From sequence record SRR31156797_505: DNA of 29,799 nt; one strand, written 5' to 3'. How positions within the stretch are numbered: position 1 is the first letter of the stretch; every line of letters starts with the position of its first letter. Positions 18,268-29,799 of this stretch are shown one piece after another. A program made the translations under genes and the position numbers. The notes below the pieces were generated by a model, which did no database searches, was not told the DNA's origin, and saw only the letters and a list, made by a program, of their open reading frames with translations.

Positions 18268-18939
18268 CTATAAATGGTTTACGAGTTGTGTGAGAGAGCT
18301 GGCATGGGACTTGAGCTGGTCAATAAGTTCACTGTTGGCTTTCTCGCGAACTCTATTTATCGGTCCGGATATTGAGAGAGCACCGAAAAACTTGCCGTCT
18401 TCGTCGAAAATAGGTACGGCTATCGCACCGAGAAATGCTTCACGTTCGCCGAAAGTTACTGCGTGACCGTCTTTTTTAGTGCTGCACTCCTCACCGTTTA
18501 AATATGCTAAAAGCACTCTTCCGGCGGCACCTTTATCCAGCGGAACCATCTGCCCTATGGTGACTGTGTGGCGCACTGGTGAATCGCACTCAATCTTCAT
18601 CAGGCATTTGCGGAAATCACCCTCCTGAACGTAAAGAGCGATTGTCTCGCCACTTATCTCCATTATACTGTTAAGGATTTTCCACACAGAATGGTAGGCA
18701 TTGTTTCCTGCTATGTATATCTGCGCTGTTTCGAGCATCTTTGCGCCCAGGCGGTATCTTTCAGTCATGGAGTTTTCGGTTAGGAAATTATTATCTGAAA
18801 GTGTGCGGCAGAGCCTTTCTGCCTCTTCTTCTGAAATATTAATTTTGCCGGACAGTTCTACTACGGACAGGTCTATGTCCTGAATGGTGAAACAGCTTAA
18901 TATCTTTAGTGCTTTTTCCAAATCGGTAGGCTTGCTCAA
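18268..18939 (-). CDS. IclR-family transcriptional regulator
   Basis: LEKALKILSCF winged HTH, YRLG, GETIAL, GAAGRVLLAY and AIAVPIFD...ALSISGP..R. TTG start with a GGAGAAGG RBS. Confidence 0.9.
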   Translation of the reverse strand: MSKPTDLEKALKILSCFTIQDIDLSVVELSGKINISEEEAERLCRTLSDNNFLTENSMTERYRLGAKMLETAQIYIAGNNAYHSVWKILNSIMEISGETIALYVQEGDFRKCLMKIECDSPVRHTVTIGQMVPLDKGAAGRVLLAYLNGEECSTKKDGHAVTFGEREAFLGAIAVPIFDEDGKFFGALSISGPINRVREKANSELIDQLKSHASSLTQLVNHL

Positions 18940-19003
18940 TTTCCTTCTCCTGTGCTGAAACTTATATGCATTTTAGCATAATAGAAAGATATGGACTATT
19001 GAT

Positions 19004-19786
19004 TTAGTATTCCGGAGTGTAAAGTTCAACTTCGTTGTCGTTTAAGATGCTTACGATGTTCGCAGGCGGTTCCTTGTCTGTGACGAGTGTGTCTATCTCT
19101 GCGATGTTGCAGAGGCGAACCATTGCGCTCCGACCGAATTTTGAATGGTCGGTGGCGAGCATAACCTGACGGGAATTCTCTATGATAGCCTGTGCTACAC
19201 GTACTTCACGATAGTCGTAGTCCAGCAGGGTTCCGTCTTCATCTACTCCTGAGATTCCGATTATTCCTATATCCACTTTGAACTGCTTGATAAAGTCGAG
19301 GGTTGCCTCGCCTATTATTCCGCTGTCACGGTTACGGACAACTCCGCCAGCGATGCGCACTTCAAACGATGGGTTTGTGATAAGTGTCTGAGCTACATTG
19401 AGGTTGTTGGTTATAACTCTCAGCCCTTCGTGATTTTTAAGAGCTTTTGCGATCTCTTCGTTTGTTGTTCCGATATTAATGAAGATGGAAGCTTTATTCG
19501 GTATCTTCGAAGCTACAATTTTCGCTATGCGTACTTTTTCGTCGTGGTTGAGGATGAGTCTGGTGTTATAGTCGAGGTTTTCAACTGAGCTTGCGAGTGA
19601 TGCTCCGCCGTGGTGGCGTTTCAGGTGCCCCTTTTCACATAGAGAGTTGATGTCCCTTCTGATTGTCTGAGGGGTTACGCTGAACTTCTCAGCTAAAAGC
19701 TCCGTGGTGACAAAACCTGTCTCTTGTGTCATCTCTATGATATCTTTCTGTCGCTGGTTTATTTCTGCCATTGAGCTCTTTCCCAT
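19004..19786 (-). CDS. glpR: Glycerol-3-phosphate regulon repressor (DeoR family)
   Basis: HTH FSVTPQTIRRDINSL, RHHGGA, FINIGTTNEEIA, TNNLNVA and LLDYDYREVRV. Divergent from glpF. Confidence 0.93.
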   Translation of the reverse strand: MGKSSMAEINQRQKDIIEMTQETGFVTTELLAEKFSVTPQTIRRDINSLCEKGHLKRHHGGASLASSVENLDYNTRLILNHDEKVRIAKIVASKIPNKASIFINIGTTNEEIAKALKNHEGLRVITNNLNVAQTLITNPSFEVRIAGGVVRNRDSGIIGEATLDFIKQFKVDIGIIGISGVDEDGTLLDYDYREVRVAQAIIENSRQVMLATDHSKFGRSAMVRLCNIAEIDTLVTDKEPPANIVSILNDNEVELYTPEY

Positions 19787-19867
19787 CCTAACCTCTTTTC
19801 GGTAATCATTTTCTTTATTGTATATGAAAACAAAAAACTTTCAATCGTTTCGTTTGAGTTTTGAATA

Positions 19868-19918
19868 TATGTTCGTTTGCGCAAATCTATTGTATATTTA
19901 TTCATAAATTCGAATATT
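19868..19918. promoter_or_regulatory. GlpR operator half-sites near the glpR promoter
   Basis: TATGTTCGTT (19868-19877, a perfect half-site) and TTCGAATATT (19909-19918). Confidence 0.55.
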
Positions 19919-20106
19919 AAAAAGTGCATATATTAAAGAAAACGTGACTATATTTACTAATTGGTAGTTAAACTATATACGCTTTATACAATCTATGGAG
20001 ACTAATTTAACATTTTTTACGCATGTAAACACTTGTATTCAAAAGCAAATACGCTATATTTTAATGATGAAAATAAAACAAAATTAAAGTTTTTGCAAAA
20101 TTTTCA

Positions 20107-20172
20107 TTTACAATCATAAAACAGGGTGATATTGTACAAATATGAACATAAAGCGAAACAACTTCGAAAATA
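20107..20172 (+). promoter_or_regulatory. glpF sigma-70 promoter followed by GlpR half-sites
   Basis: TTTACA-N17-TATTGT with an extended -10 TG. It is followed by TGAACAT, CGAAACA and CGAAAAT at 11-bp spacing; TTCGAAAATA (20163-20172) is a perfect half-site. Confidence 0.6.
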
Positions 20173-20215
20173 AATAATAATTTTTCTTAGTTATCTTATA
20201 CAGGAGGCTTCGTTT

Positions 20216-20938
20216 ATGAATATTTTTATTGGAGAGCTGATCGGAACAGCGATACTTATACTTCTTGGTAACGGGGTTGTTGCCAACGTAGTATTGAACA
20301 AATCAAAGGGTCAGAATTCTGGCTGGATAGTTATTACACTTGGATGGGGGATGGCGGTTGCAGTTGCAGTATACACTGCCGGATGGATGAGCGGTGCTCA
20401 CCTTAATCCTGCGGTAACAGTTGCGCTCGCTTACACAGGCGGAATTGAGCTTTCTTCTGTTCCTGCGTATGTAGCAGGTCAGATGGTAGGAGCAATGATA
20501 GGTATGGTTTTTGTATGGCTTTCATACGGTGACCACTGGAAAGCGACAGAAGATGCAGGCGGGAAACTCGCTTGTTTCGCAACAGGTCCTGCTATTCGTG
20601 ACTATAAAAAGAACTTCGTAACTGAGATGATAGGTACAGCTATGCTCGTTTGCGGTGTTCTCGGTATCACAGCCACACAGAACGGGCTTGGTGCTGGTAT
20701 TGCGCCTCTCCTTGTTGGTTTTCTCGTACTTAGTATTGGTCTTTCACTCGGCGGTCCTACGGGTTATGCTATTAACCCTGCAAGAGACCTCGGGCCGAGA
20801 ATCATGCACGCAATCCTCCCTGTTCCTGGGAAGGGTTCATCCGACTGGGGTTACGCATGGGTTCCTGTAGTCGCTCCGCTGGTTGGTGGTGTGCTCGGTG
20901 CTATGGTTTATAATCTAGCAGTAAACCTCTCTAAATAA
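20216..20938 (+). CDS. glpF: Glycerol uptake facilitator (MIP aquaglyceroporin)
   Basis: [10 protein letters not shown] and [12 protein letters not shown], with the glyceroporin D after the second NPA. AGGAGG RBS. Confidence 0.96.
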   Translation: MNIFIGELIGTAILILLGNGVVANVVLNKSKGQNSGWIVITLGWGMAVAVAVYTAGWMSGAHLNPAVTVALAYTGGIELSSVPAYVAGQMVGAMIGMVFVWLSYGDHWKATEDAGGKLACFATGPAIRDYKKNFVTEMIGTAMLVCGVLGITATQNGLGAGIAPLLVGFLVLSIGLSLGGPTGYAINPARDLGPRIMHAILPVPGKGSSDWGYAWVPVVAPLVGGVLGAMVYNLAVNLSK

Positions 20939-20952
20939 TAGGAGTTATAGAT

Positions 20953-22464
20953 ATGTCTAAATATGTAGCAGCAATTGATCAGGGAACAACAAGCTCCCGC
21001 TGTATGATTTTTAATAAAGCAGGAGAGGTTATCTCTTCACATCAGCTTGAGCATGAGCAGATTTATCCTGAGCCGGGCTGGGTTGAGCATGATGCTATGG
21101 AAGTTTGGGAGAGAACAAAAGAAGTTATCGCAGGCTCTATGCAGATGGCAGGTCTCGATGCGAAAGACATAGTTGCTGTTGGTGTAACTAACCAGCGTGA
21201 GACAACAGTAGTTTGGAATAAAAAAACAGGTCGTCCTTATCATAACGCACTCGTTTGGCAGGACACCAGAACAGATAAAATATGTGATGAGCTCGCAGGT
21301 GAAGTTGGTCAGGACAGATTCCGTGAGAAGACAGGTCTTCCACTCGCTACATACTTCTCCGGACCAAAGATTAAATGGCTTCTCGATAACGTAGATGGTC
21401 TTCGTGCTGATGCTGAAAAGGGCGATGCCCTTTTTGGTAACATGGACACATGGATTATCTGGAACGTGACAGGCGGGGTAAACGGTGGTGCACACGTAAC
21501 TGACGTTTCAAACGCATCCAGAACTATGCTTATGGATCTTAAAACCTGTGACTGGGACGATGAACTTCTCGCAGCGATGAGTGTTCCAAAAGCTATGATG
21601 CCGGAAGTCAGACCTTCTTCAGATCCTGATTTCTACGGTAAAACAGTTAAGAACGGACCTTTTGGCGGTGAGATACCAGTTGCTGGTGATCTTGGTGACC
21701 AGCAGGCGGCTACGGTTGGTCAGGCTTGCTTTACACCTGGCGAAGCTAAGAATACATACGGTACAGGTTGCTTCATGCTTATGAATACAGGTACTGAGAT
21801 TGTTCAGTCTGAGCACGGTCTCCTTACTACTGCTTGCTATAAATTTGGTAAAGATAAAACAGTTTACGCTCTCGAAGGCTCTATTGCTATCGCTGGTGCG
21901 GTAGTTCAGTGGCTTCGTGATAATATGAGACTTATCAATACAGCTGCTGACGTTGAAAACCTTGCTAAAATGGTAAAAGATAACGGTGGTATGTACTTTG
22001 TTCCTGCCTTTTCAGGGCTATTTGCTCCATACTGGAGAAGTGATGCAAGAGGTGTAATCGTTGGTATGACAAGATATATCAAGCGTGGTCACTTCGCACG
22101 TGCCGCTCTGGAAGCCGTTGCTTTCCAGACGAAAGAAGTTTTAGACGCTATGGAAGCGGACTCTAAGGTTAACCTTAAAGAGCTTCGTGTTGACGGCGGT
22201 ATGGTGGCTAATAACCTTCTTATGCAGATGCAGTCTGACATTCTCGGCGTACCAGTAACACGCCCTATCGTTTCTGAGAGTACAGCTCTCGGTGCGGCTT
22301 ATGCAGCAGGTCTTGCTGTTGGATACTGGGATAACCTTGACGATCTTAAGAAGAACTGGGGTGTCGATAAGACATTCAAGCCTTCTGTTGATGATACGCT
22401 TAGAACTTCCAGCTATGCACAATGGAAGAAAGCGGTTACCAGGACACTCGACTGGGTTGAGTAA
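20953..22464 (+). CDS. glpK: Glycerol kinase
   Basis: [45 protein letters not shown] and VDGG. Confidence 0.97.
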   Translation: MSKYVAAIDQGTTSSRCMIFNKAGEVISSHQLEHEQIYPEPGWVEHDAMEVWERTKEVIAGSMQMAGLDAKDIVAVGVTNQRETTVVWNKKTGRPYHNALVWQDTRTDKICDELAGEVGQDRFREKTGLPLATYFSGPKIKWLLDNVDGLRADAEKGDALFGNMDTWIIWNVTGGVNGGAHVTDVSNASRTMLMDLKTCDWDDELLAAMSVPKAMMPEVRPSSDPDFYGKTVKNGPFGGEIPVAGDLGDQQAATVGQACFTPGEAKNTYGTGCFMLMNTGTEIVQSEHGLLTTACYKFGKDKTVYALEGSIAIAGAVVQWLRDNMRLINTAADVENLAKMVKDNGGMYFVPAFSGLFAPYWRSDARGVIVGMTRYIKRGHFARAALEAVAFQTKEVLDAMEADSKVNLKELRVDGGMVANNLLMQMQSDILGVPVTRPIVSESTALGAAYAAGLAVGYWDNLDDLKKNWGVDKTFKPSVDDTLRTSSYAQWKKAVTRTLDWVE

Positions 22465-22476
22465 TAATTGTATATC

Positions 22477-22510
22477 GTCCGGCACTCTTAAATGGGTGCC
22501 GGCTTTTTTT
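22477..22510 (+). terminator. Intrinsic terminator after glpK
   Basis: CCGGCACTC...GGGTGCCGG stem followed by T7. Confidence 0.85.
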
Positions 22511-22604
22511 GCGTCAGCTATTCGTGCTGACTGGAATCATTTCAGAATAAAGCTCTCTTTTTTTTGATTTTGTTACATGTGTGTGAGGGAGGGTTTTGTT
22601 TTTA

Positions 22605-22634
22605 AATGTTCGTTTTCGAATATAAATATTCGTT
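22605..22634. promoter_or_regulatory. GlpR operator upstream of glpD
   Basis: AATGTTCGTT-TTCGAATATA (19/20 match to the dyad consensus), plus half-site AATATTCGTT 20 bp later. Confidence 0.75.
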
Positions 22635-22702
22635 TTGGTGTTGATTTATGATAATAAAAGCACTAATATGAAAATAGAAGTACACAAGCTTAGGAGATAA
22701 AG

Positions 22703-24316
22703 ATGAACAGAGATAAAGCTATTCAGGCACTTAAAGCAGGGGAAACATACGATGTTCTTGTTATCGGTGGAGGAGCAACAGGCTCTGGAGTAGCTCTTGA
22801 TGCAGCGAGCAGAGGGCTTAAGGTCGCTCTCGTTGAGAAGAACGACTTCGCAGAAGGTACAAGCTCCAGAAGCACAAAGATGGTACACGGTGGGGTACGC
22901 TATCTCGAAAAGGCTGTAAAACGCCTCGACAGAGAGCAGTACAGCCTTGTTAAAGAGGGGCTTCACGAGAGGGGCATCTTTCTCAAAAATGCACCACACC
23001 TCGCTACTCCGCTCTCATTTGTGACACCTCTATATAGGTGGATAGATGTTCCGCAGGTTTTCGCAGGGCTTAAGCTTTACGATATCCTCTCAGGAAAGAT
23101 GAACATAGGTAAAAGCCAGTTTCTCAGCAAGAAGCAGGTTCAGGAAAGATATCCTATGGTAAATGATAAAAACCTCAAGGCTGGCGTACTTTACTACGAC
23201 GGTCAGTTTAACGATGCCCGCATGGGTGTTTATATATTAAAGACTGCTGTTGAACAGGGCGCAGTTGTAGCAAATCACCTCGAGGTGACTGAGCTTATAA
23301 AAGATGGTGAAAAGGTCAGAGGGGCGAAGGTTAGGGACGAGTTTACGGGGGAACAGTTCGATATTAAGGCAACATGTGTTGTTAACGCTACAGGGCCTTT
23401 TGCAGATTCTATCCGTAAGCTAGACGTGAAAGAGTCTAAAGAGATACTCAAGGTTAGCTCGGGCGTGCATATTATGCTTGATAAACGTTTCTCGCCACCG
23501 GAGAACGGTCTCATGATTCCTAAAACAGACGACGGAAGAGTTCTTTTCGTTATCCCGTGGGAAGGGCACACTATCATCGGAACTACTGATGAGCCGGCAG
23601 AAATCTCTGAGCACCCGAAAGCTCTCGAGGAAGAGATAGAGTATGTTCTCGGATATGCAAATAAATATTTCAACCTTGGCGTTACTAAGGAAGATGTAAA
23701 ATCTTACTGGTCAGGGCTACGTCCTCTCGTTTTCGACCCTGAAAAGGAGAATACACAGGAGCTAGCCAGAACACACGTAATCAAATACAACGGCACAGGG
23801 ATGGTCACAGTCACAGGCGGAAAGTGGACAAGCTACCGCAGGATGGCTGAGGACGTTATGGATGTTGTTGTTGAACAGAATAGATTTGGTCACGCAAATG
23901 AGTGTGTGACAAAAACTCTCCCAATTATTGGTGGAGCAAACTTTCAAGCTGACGGGTACGTTGAACTCATGGAGAAATTTGATCTCGATGAAGACGTTGC
24001 CCGTCATTTGAACACATTCTATGGCGATAGAGCTTATAAGGTGGCAACTCTCGCAAAAGAGGGGTACGAAAAACTTCTTCATCCTGATTACCCTTATCTT
24101 GAGGCGGAGATCATTTATTCAGTTCGCGAAGAGATGGGGATACACGCCGCTGATGTGCTTATCCGCAGGCTCCCGCTTGGGCTGATAGACATTAACGCAA
24201 CTGGAGTTGTTTCAAATAGGGTGATTGAACTTATGGACTCTGAGATCAACTGGTCACACGAAGAGAAAGCAAGAGAGAAAGAGATACTAATGAATAGACT
24301 GAACGAGGCTATATAA
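22703..24316 (+). CDS. glpD: FAD-dependent glycerol-3-phosphate dehydrogenase
   Basis: DVLVIGGGATG, GTSSRSTKMVHGGVRYL, YYDGQFNDAR, NATGPF, SGLRPL and GGKWTSYR. Confidence 0.95.
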   Translation: MNRDKAIQALKAGETYDVLVIGGGATGSGVALDAASRGLKVALVEKNDFAEGTSSRSTKMVHGGVRYLEKAVKRLDREQYSLVKEGLHERGIFLKNAPHLATPLSFVTPLYRWIDVPQVFAGLKLYDILSGKMNIGKSQFLSKKQVQERYPMVNDKNLKAGVLYYDGQFNDARMGVYILKTAVEQGAVVANHLEVTELIKDGEKVRGAKVRDEFTGEQFDIKATCVVNATGPFADSIRKLDVKESKEILKVSSGVHIMLDKRFSPPENGLMIPKTDDGRVLFVIPWEGHTIIGTTDEPAEISEHPKALEEEIEYVLGYANKYFNLGVTKEDVKSYWSGLRPLVFDPEKENTQELARTHVIKYNGTGMVTVTGGKWTSYRRMAEDVMDVVVEQNRFGHANECVTKTLPIIGGANFQADGYVELMEKFDLDEDVARHLNTFYGDRAYKVATLAKEGYEKLLHPDYPYLEAEIIYSVREEMGIHAADVLIRRLPLGLIDINATGVVSNRVIELMDSEINWSHEEKAREKEILMNRLNEAI

Positions 24317-26759
<2,443 letters not shown>

Positions 26760-26803
26760 GCCTTACTCCTATCTAGGATTTGAGATACACATTCCACATG
26801 AAT

Positions 26804-26838
26804 GCAGGCTTGATTGGTGAGAGATCAGGTCTGCTTTT
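26804..26838 (+). terminator. Terminator after gap
   Basis: GCAGGCTTGAT/ATCAGGTCTGC 11-bp stem with two G-U pairs, followed by TTTT. Confidence 0.65.
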
Positions 26839-26842
26839 CCCT

Positions 26843-28510
26843 TTATGCAATAATTTCCTCAGCTCTTTTTAAGCTCCTATCTATATCTGTGCATATGTTT
26901 TCAATGCCTATACGTGTATCAAGCCCGAGCTTTTTTATCTGCTCCAGGTTTGTCTTGTCGATGCCGGAGATTATGACCTTTGTCTTTTGTTTAGCGGCTG
27001 AATTGAGTATATCCTCCAGAGCCCTCATGGCTGTTGCGTCTATAGAAAAGATGTGCCTCATCCTTAGTATGAGCACCTTTGGAGGGTTATCGACTATGGT
27101 GAGTGTGTCTTTAAACTGATTAGCTGCGCCAAAAAAGAATGGACCGTGTATTTCGAAAACCTCAACTCCATCAGGTATGTTTTTCCGATAAATAGCATCT
27201 TCGTCACTGGAGTGGCTGGTGAAGTTGTCGTTGATTTCGTCACGGATATTAATGACCTCTGTCAGATTAGCCATACGGTACATAAACAGAAGCGAAGATG
27301 AGACTATGCCAACCTCGATAGCTACTGTCAGATCAACTAAAACTGTGAGTATGAACGTAATAAGCATCACAAAAATATCGTATATGGGCGAGTTAAACAA
27401 TCTGACAAAAATTCGCCATTCACTCATGTGGTAAGCAACAACAAGGAGCACAGCAGCTAAAGATGCCATGGGGATCATTGTTGCCAGATTTCCGAAAATA
27501 AGTAGAACAAGGAGCAGTACAATAGCGTGGGTGATACCTGCTATCGGGGTCTTACCGCCGTTTTTGACATTTGTCGCTGTTCTGGCGATTGCTCCTGTTG
27601 CGGGGATACCCATGAAAATAGGTGAGACCAAATTTGCTATCCCCTGAGCTATCAGCTCCATGTTGGACTTATGCCTGTGTCCTGTCATACCGTCTGCTAC
27701 GACTGCGGAGAGGAGAGATTCTATGGCAGCGAGAATAGCTATTGTCAGGGCGTGAGGGATCAGCTTCGGGACAAGAGCCATGTCAAGCTGTGGTATTTGA
27801 GGGACAGGGAGTTTATTAGGTATTTCACCGAACTGTGAGCCGATGGTTGCAACATCCATATTAAATAATGAAGCAAACAGGGTGCACAGTATTATAGCTA
27901 CAATAGAGCCGGGGATCTTTTTTGTCACTTTCGGCAATAGTAATATTATCAGAAGTGATATGGCGGAAAGTATAATAGTGTCTAAGCTTATAGTATGTAT
28001 ATATTTGACAGCTAGGGAAATGTTACTGATAAAGCCGTCCCCCTGCTCAGGAACAGTAATGCCTAGTAAAGCTTTTAGCTGGGTTGAGACGATGATTACG
28101 GCAATTCCTGTTGTGAAGCCTATGGTCATAGGGTAGGGGATGTATTTTATCGCCGCCCCCATTTTTAATAACCCCATAAGTATGAGTATCGCTCCAGCCA
28201 TCATCGTTGCGATAGCTAGCCCTTCATAGCCGAACTGGTGGATTATATTGTAAACTACAACGATAAATGCTCCGGTCGGACCGCCAATCTGGACTCGGCT
28301 TCCACCGAAAAAACTGATTATAAAACCAGCTATGATGGCGGTATAAAGCCCCTGCTCAGGCTTAACTCCGCTTGCGATGGCAAAGGCTATGGCGAGCGGG
28401 ATGGCTACTATCCCTACAATAACGCCGGACAGCATATCGTTTTTATAATTGTTCTTGCAGTTGTTCTCTCTGAAACATGTGAATAATTCGGGAGTTAGTC
28501 TGGAATGCAT
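26843..28510 (-). CDS. SulP/SLC26-family anion transporter with STAS domain (DauA/YchM-like)
   Basis: DMLSGVIVGIVAIPLAIAFAIASG, GGSRVQIGGPTGAF, AIESLLSAVVAD, PATGAIARTATN, and STAS motif GPFFFGAA...IDAT. Confidence 0.93.
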   Translation of the reverse strand: MHSRLTPELFTCFRENNCKNNYKNDMLSGVIVGIVAIPLAIAFAIASGVKPEQGLYTAIIAGFIISFFGGSRVQIGGPTGAFIVVVYNIIHQFGYEGLAIATMMAGAILILMGLLKMGAAIKYIPYPMTIGFTTGIAVIIVSTQLKALLGITVPEQGDGFISNISLAVKYIHTISLDTIILSAISLLIILLLPKVTKKIPGSIVAIILCTLFASLFNMDVATIGSQFGEIPNKLPVPQIPQLDMALVPKLIPHALTIAILAAIESLLSAVVADGMTGHRHKSNMELIAQGIANLVSPIFMGIPATGAIARTATNVKNGGKTPIAGITHAIVLLLVLLIFGNLATMIPMASLAAVLLVVAYHMSEWRIFVRLFNSPIYDIFVMLITFILTVLVDLTVAIEVGIVSSSLLFMYRMANLTEVINIRDEINDNFTSHSSDEDAIYRKNIPDGVEVFEIHGPFFFGAANQFKDTLTIVDNPPKVLILRMRHIFSIDATAMRALEDILNSAAKQKTKVIISGIDKTNLEQIKKLGLDTRIGIENICTDIDRSLKRAEEIIA

Positions 28511-28535
28511 TTTGGCACCTCTATATATTGCTACA

Positions 28536-28595
28536 TATCAGGTGGTCGTCTGTCTAGGATGTCAGGCAATGGCGGCCAAGTGATAGACACTACTG
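28536..28595 (-). ncRNA. Candidate cis-regulatory RNA in the SulP 5' UTR, resembling the nhaA-I (Li+/cation) riboswitch motif
   Basis: Minus strand: AGUAGUGUC-UAUCA-CU-UGGCCGCCA-UUGCCUG-ACAUCC-UAGACAG-A-CGACCA-CC-UGAUA. It forms nested stems and begins at the predicted TSS. The class assignment is from memory of the GGCCGCCA...CGACC core, not from an Rfam search. Confidence 0.5.
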
Positions 28596-28600
28596 AGGTT

Positions 28601-28629
28601 AATTTAACCAAAATTATTGTATTATTCAA
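28601..28629 (-). promoter_or_regulatory. Sigma-70 promoter of SulP
   Basis: Minus strand TTGAAT-N17-TAAATT; TSS near 28594. Confidence 0.55.
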
Positions 28630-28662
28630 ATGGTATTTGCAGTTTTAAGAAATTATGACAAT

Positions 28663-28689
28663 AAAAAAGGGCACCCGAAGATGCCCTTT
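28663..28689 (-). terminator. Intrinsic terminator after the PPIase gene
   Basis: Minus strand GGGCAUC-UUCG-GGUGCCC-UUUUUU, with a cUUCGg tetraloop. Confidence 0.88.
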
Positions 28690-28715
28690 AAAACTATTTA
28701 TGTTTTGGTGTGCTA

Positions 28716-29186
28716 TTATGATTCTACAATTTCTACAAGTTCGATTTCAAAAGTGAGATCCTGACCAGCAAGTGGGTGGTTAGCATCCATAATTACTGTT
28801 TCTTCGAGAACTTCAGCGATGGCGAACATGTGCTGTGCGCCGTCTTCTGTATGCCCCTGGATCATCATGCCAGCCTCAGGTGTGACACCTTCGGGAAGCT
28901 CAGCTTTAGGTACTTCGAATTTCTGCTCATCTATATAAGGTCCGTAAGCATCGTCTTCGCTAAGCTCAATAACTACATTGTCGCCAGCACCAAGACCGAT
29001 AACAGCATCTTCGAATTTCTGAAGAAGCATGCCCTCGCCAATTTTAAACTCAAGTGGCTCATCACCGTGTGTTGTGTCGAAAACATGACCGTCATTTAAT
29101 GTTCCTGCGTAGTGTACCTTTACTTTATTGCCTTTTTTGGCGCCTGTATTTTCTGATGAGTGTAAGCTGAGTAGTGAACCAAACAT
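28716..29186 (-). CDS. slyD: FKBP-type peptidyl-prolyl cis-trans isomerase, SlyD-like without the His-rich tail
   Basis: VKVHYAGTL..G.VFD, AYG, insert-in-flap domain and DANHPLAGQDLTF. AGGAGG RBS. Confidence 0.88.
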   Translation of the reverse strand: MFGSLLSLHSSENTGAKKGNKVKVHYAGTLNDGHVFDTTHGDEPLEFKIGEGMLLQKFEDAVIGLGAGDNVVIELSEDDAYGPYIDEQKFEVPKAELPEGVTPEAGMMIQGHTEDGAQHMFAIAEVLEETVIMDANHPLAGQDLTFEIELVEIVES

Positions 29187-29612
29187 AATGTCCTCCTAAT
29201 AAAACGAAAAGCATTCCGCTGCTAAAATATTATATGCAAATAATATACCTAAAGATCGGATGAAATCAACAATTATTAATTGTTAATTTAAAAATAGCCC
29301 ATAATTTAATTAGAGATAAACAGAGAGGTGGAGTTTCATAATGGTATTAAGTTTTGATAGATTTATAACGCTGGTCGTTTTTTATATTTCTTATTAATAT
29401 TTTTTATGTATAGTTTACGACATTTTTGAATTAGTTCTTGTGTAATAGCAATATATCGAGATGGTTGATGTATAATATTGTTATGCTATTTAATGTGTTG
29501 TTAAGTTTGTTTACAAGGATTGGTGTATGTCCGGTTGCTATGGGTGTGGATTGAAGTACCATTTTAGAATAGTAGATTTTTTTGATTTTAAAGATTTGTA
29601 TTGATAGATGTG

Positions 29613-29644
29613 AAAAAAAGACCGGCGTGTCCCTTGACCGTTCG
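29613..29644 (-). terminator. Possible minus-strand terminator of a transcript entering from the right edge
   Basis: Minus strand GAACGGU-CAAGGGACAC-GCCGGUC-UUUUUUU; the stem is imperfect. Confidence 0.45.
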
Positions 29645-29683
29645 AAAGATATGTTGCTGTATTAATAAATAGGCAAAGAGTAC

Positions 29684-29762
29684 GTCATTCTGAATGCAGT
29701 GAAGATGCTGATACTATTAAATAATCTACGGGATAAGATCCTTCGCATCCACTCAGGATGAC
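29684..29762. repeat. REP-like palindromic element
   Basis: The arms GTCATTCTGA..GTGAAG and CTTCGC..TCAGGATGAC are near reverse complements and enclose an AT-rich spacer. Confidence 0.55.
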
Positions 29763-29799
29763 TATAATGATATCTTCCATAAACAAATAATCCCCGATG

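Noticed and set aside
28512-28532. TGGCAC...TTGCT on the + strand as a sigma-54 promoter
   Set aside because: The GG-to-GC spacing is 14 nt, not 10. The sequence is the SulP RBS region on the opposite strand.
29187-29799. AT-rich tail as a replication origin
   Set aside because: No DnaA boxes (TTATCCACA) or iterons were seen.

Overview
Ordinary-looking bacterial chromosome, roughly 42-45% GC by eye, with no phage, IS, CRISPR, rRNA or tRNA seen. It probably comes from an anaerobic Gram-negative respirer; Deferribacterota- or deltaproteobacteria-like is an inference from gene content and style. Left to right: (1) a 5'-truncated LetB/PqiB-type multi-MCE lipid tunnel with 7 MCE domains visible; (2) a 12-heme lipoprotein cytochrome c behind a consensus sigma-54 promoter and palindromic enhancer-like sites, next to a dCache histidine kinase and an NtrC-family activator; (3) a divergent yqhD/yqhC pair; (4) a LysR regulator divergent from a YjeH-like APC exporter; (5) a citrate lyase operon citC-citD-[PPC/DUF296]-citE-citF-citX-citG with a convergent IclR gene; (6) a glycerol regulon, glpR divergent from glpFK, then glpD-pyk-gap; (7) a SulP/STAS transporter with a structured, riboswitch-like 5' leader; (8) a SlyD-like PPIase; (9) an AT-rich tail with a REP-like palindrome. 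The most striking signal is a perfect match to the E. coli-type GlpR operator upstream of the citrate lyase operon, the same motif found before glpR/glpF and glpD. This suggests an undescribed GlpR-controlled glycerol/citrate co-metabolism unit that also embeds an uncharacterised Zn-binding PPC-domain protein.
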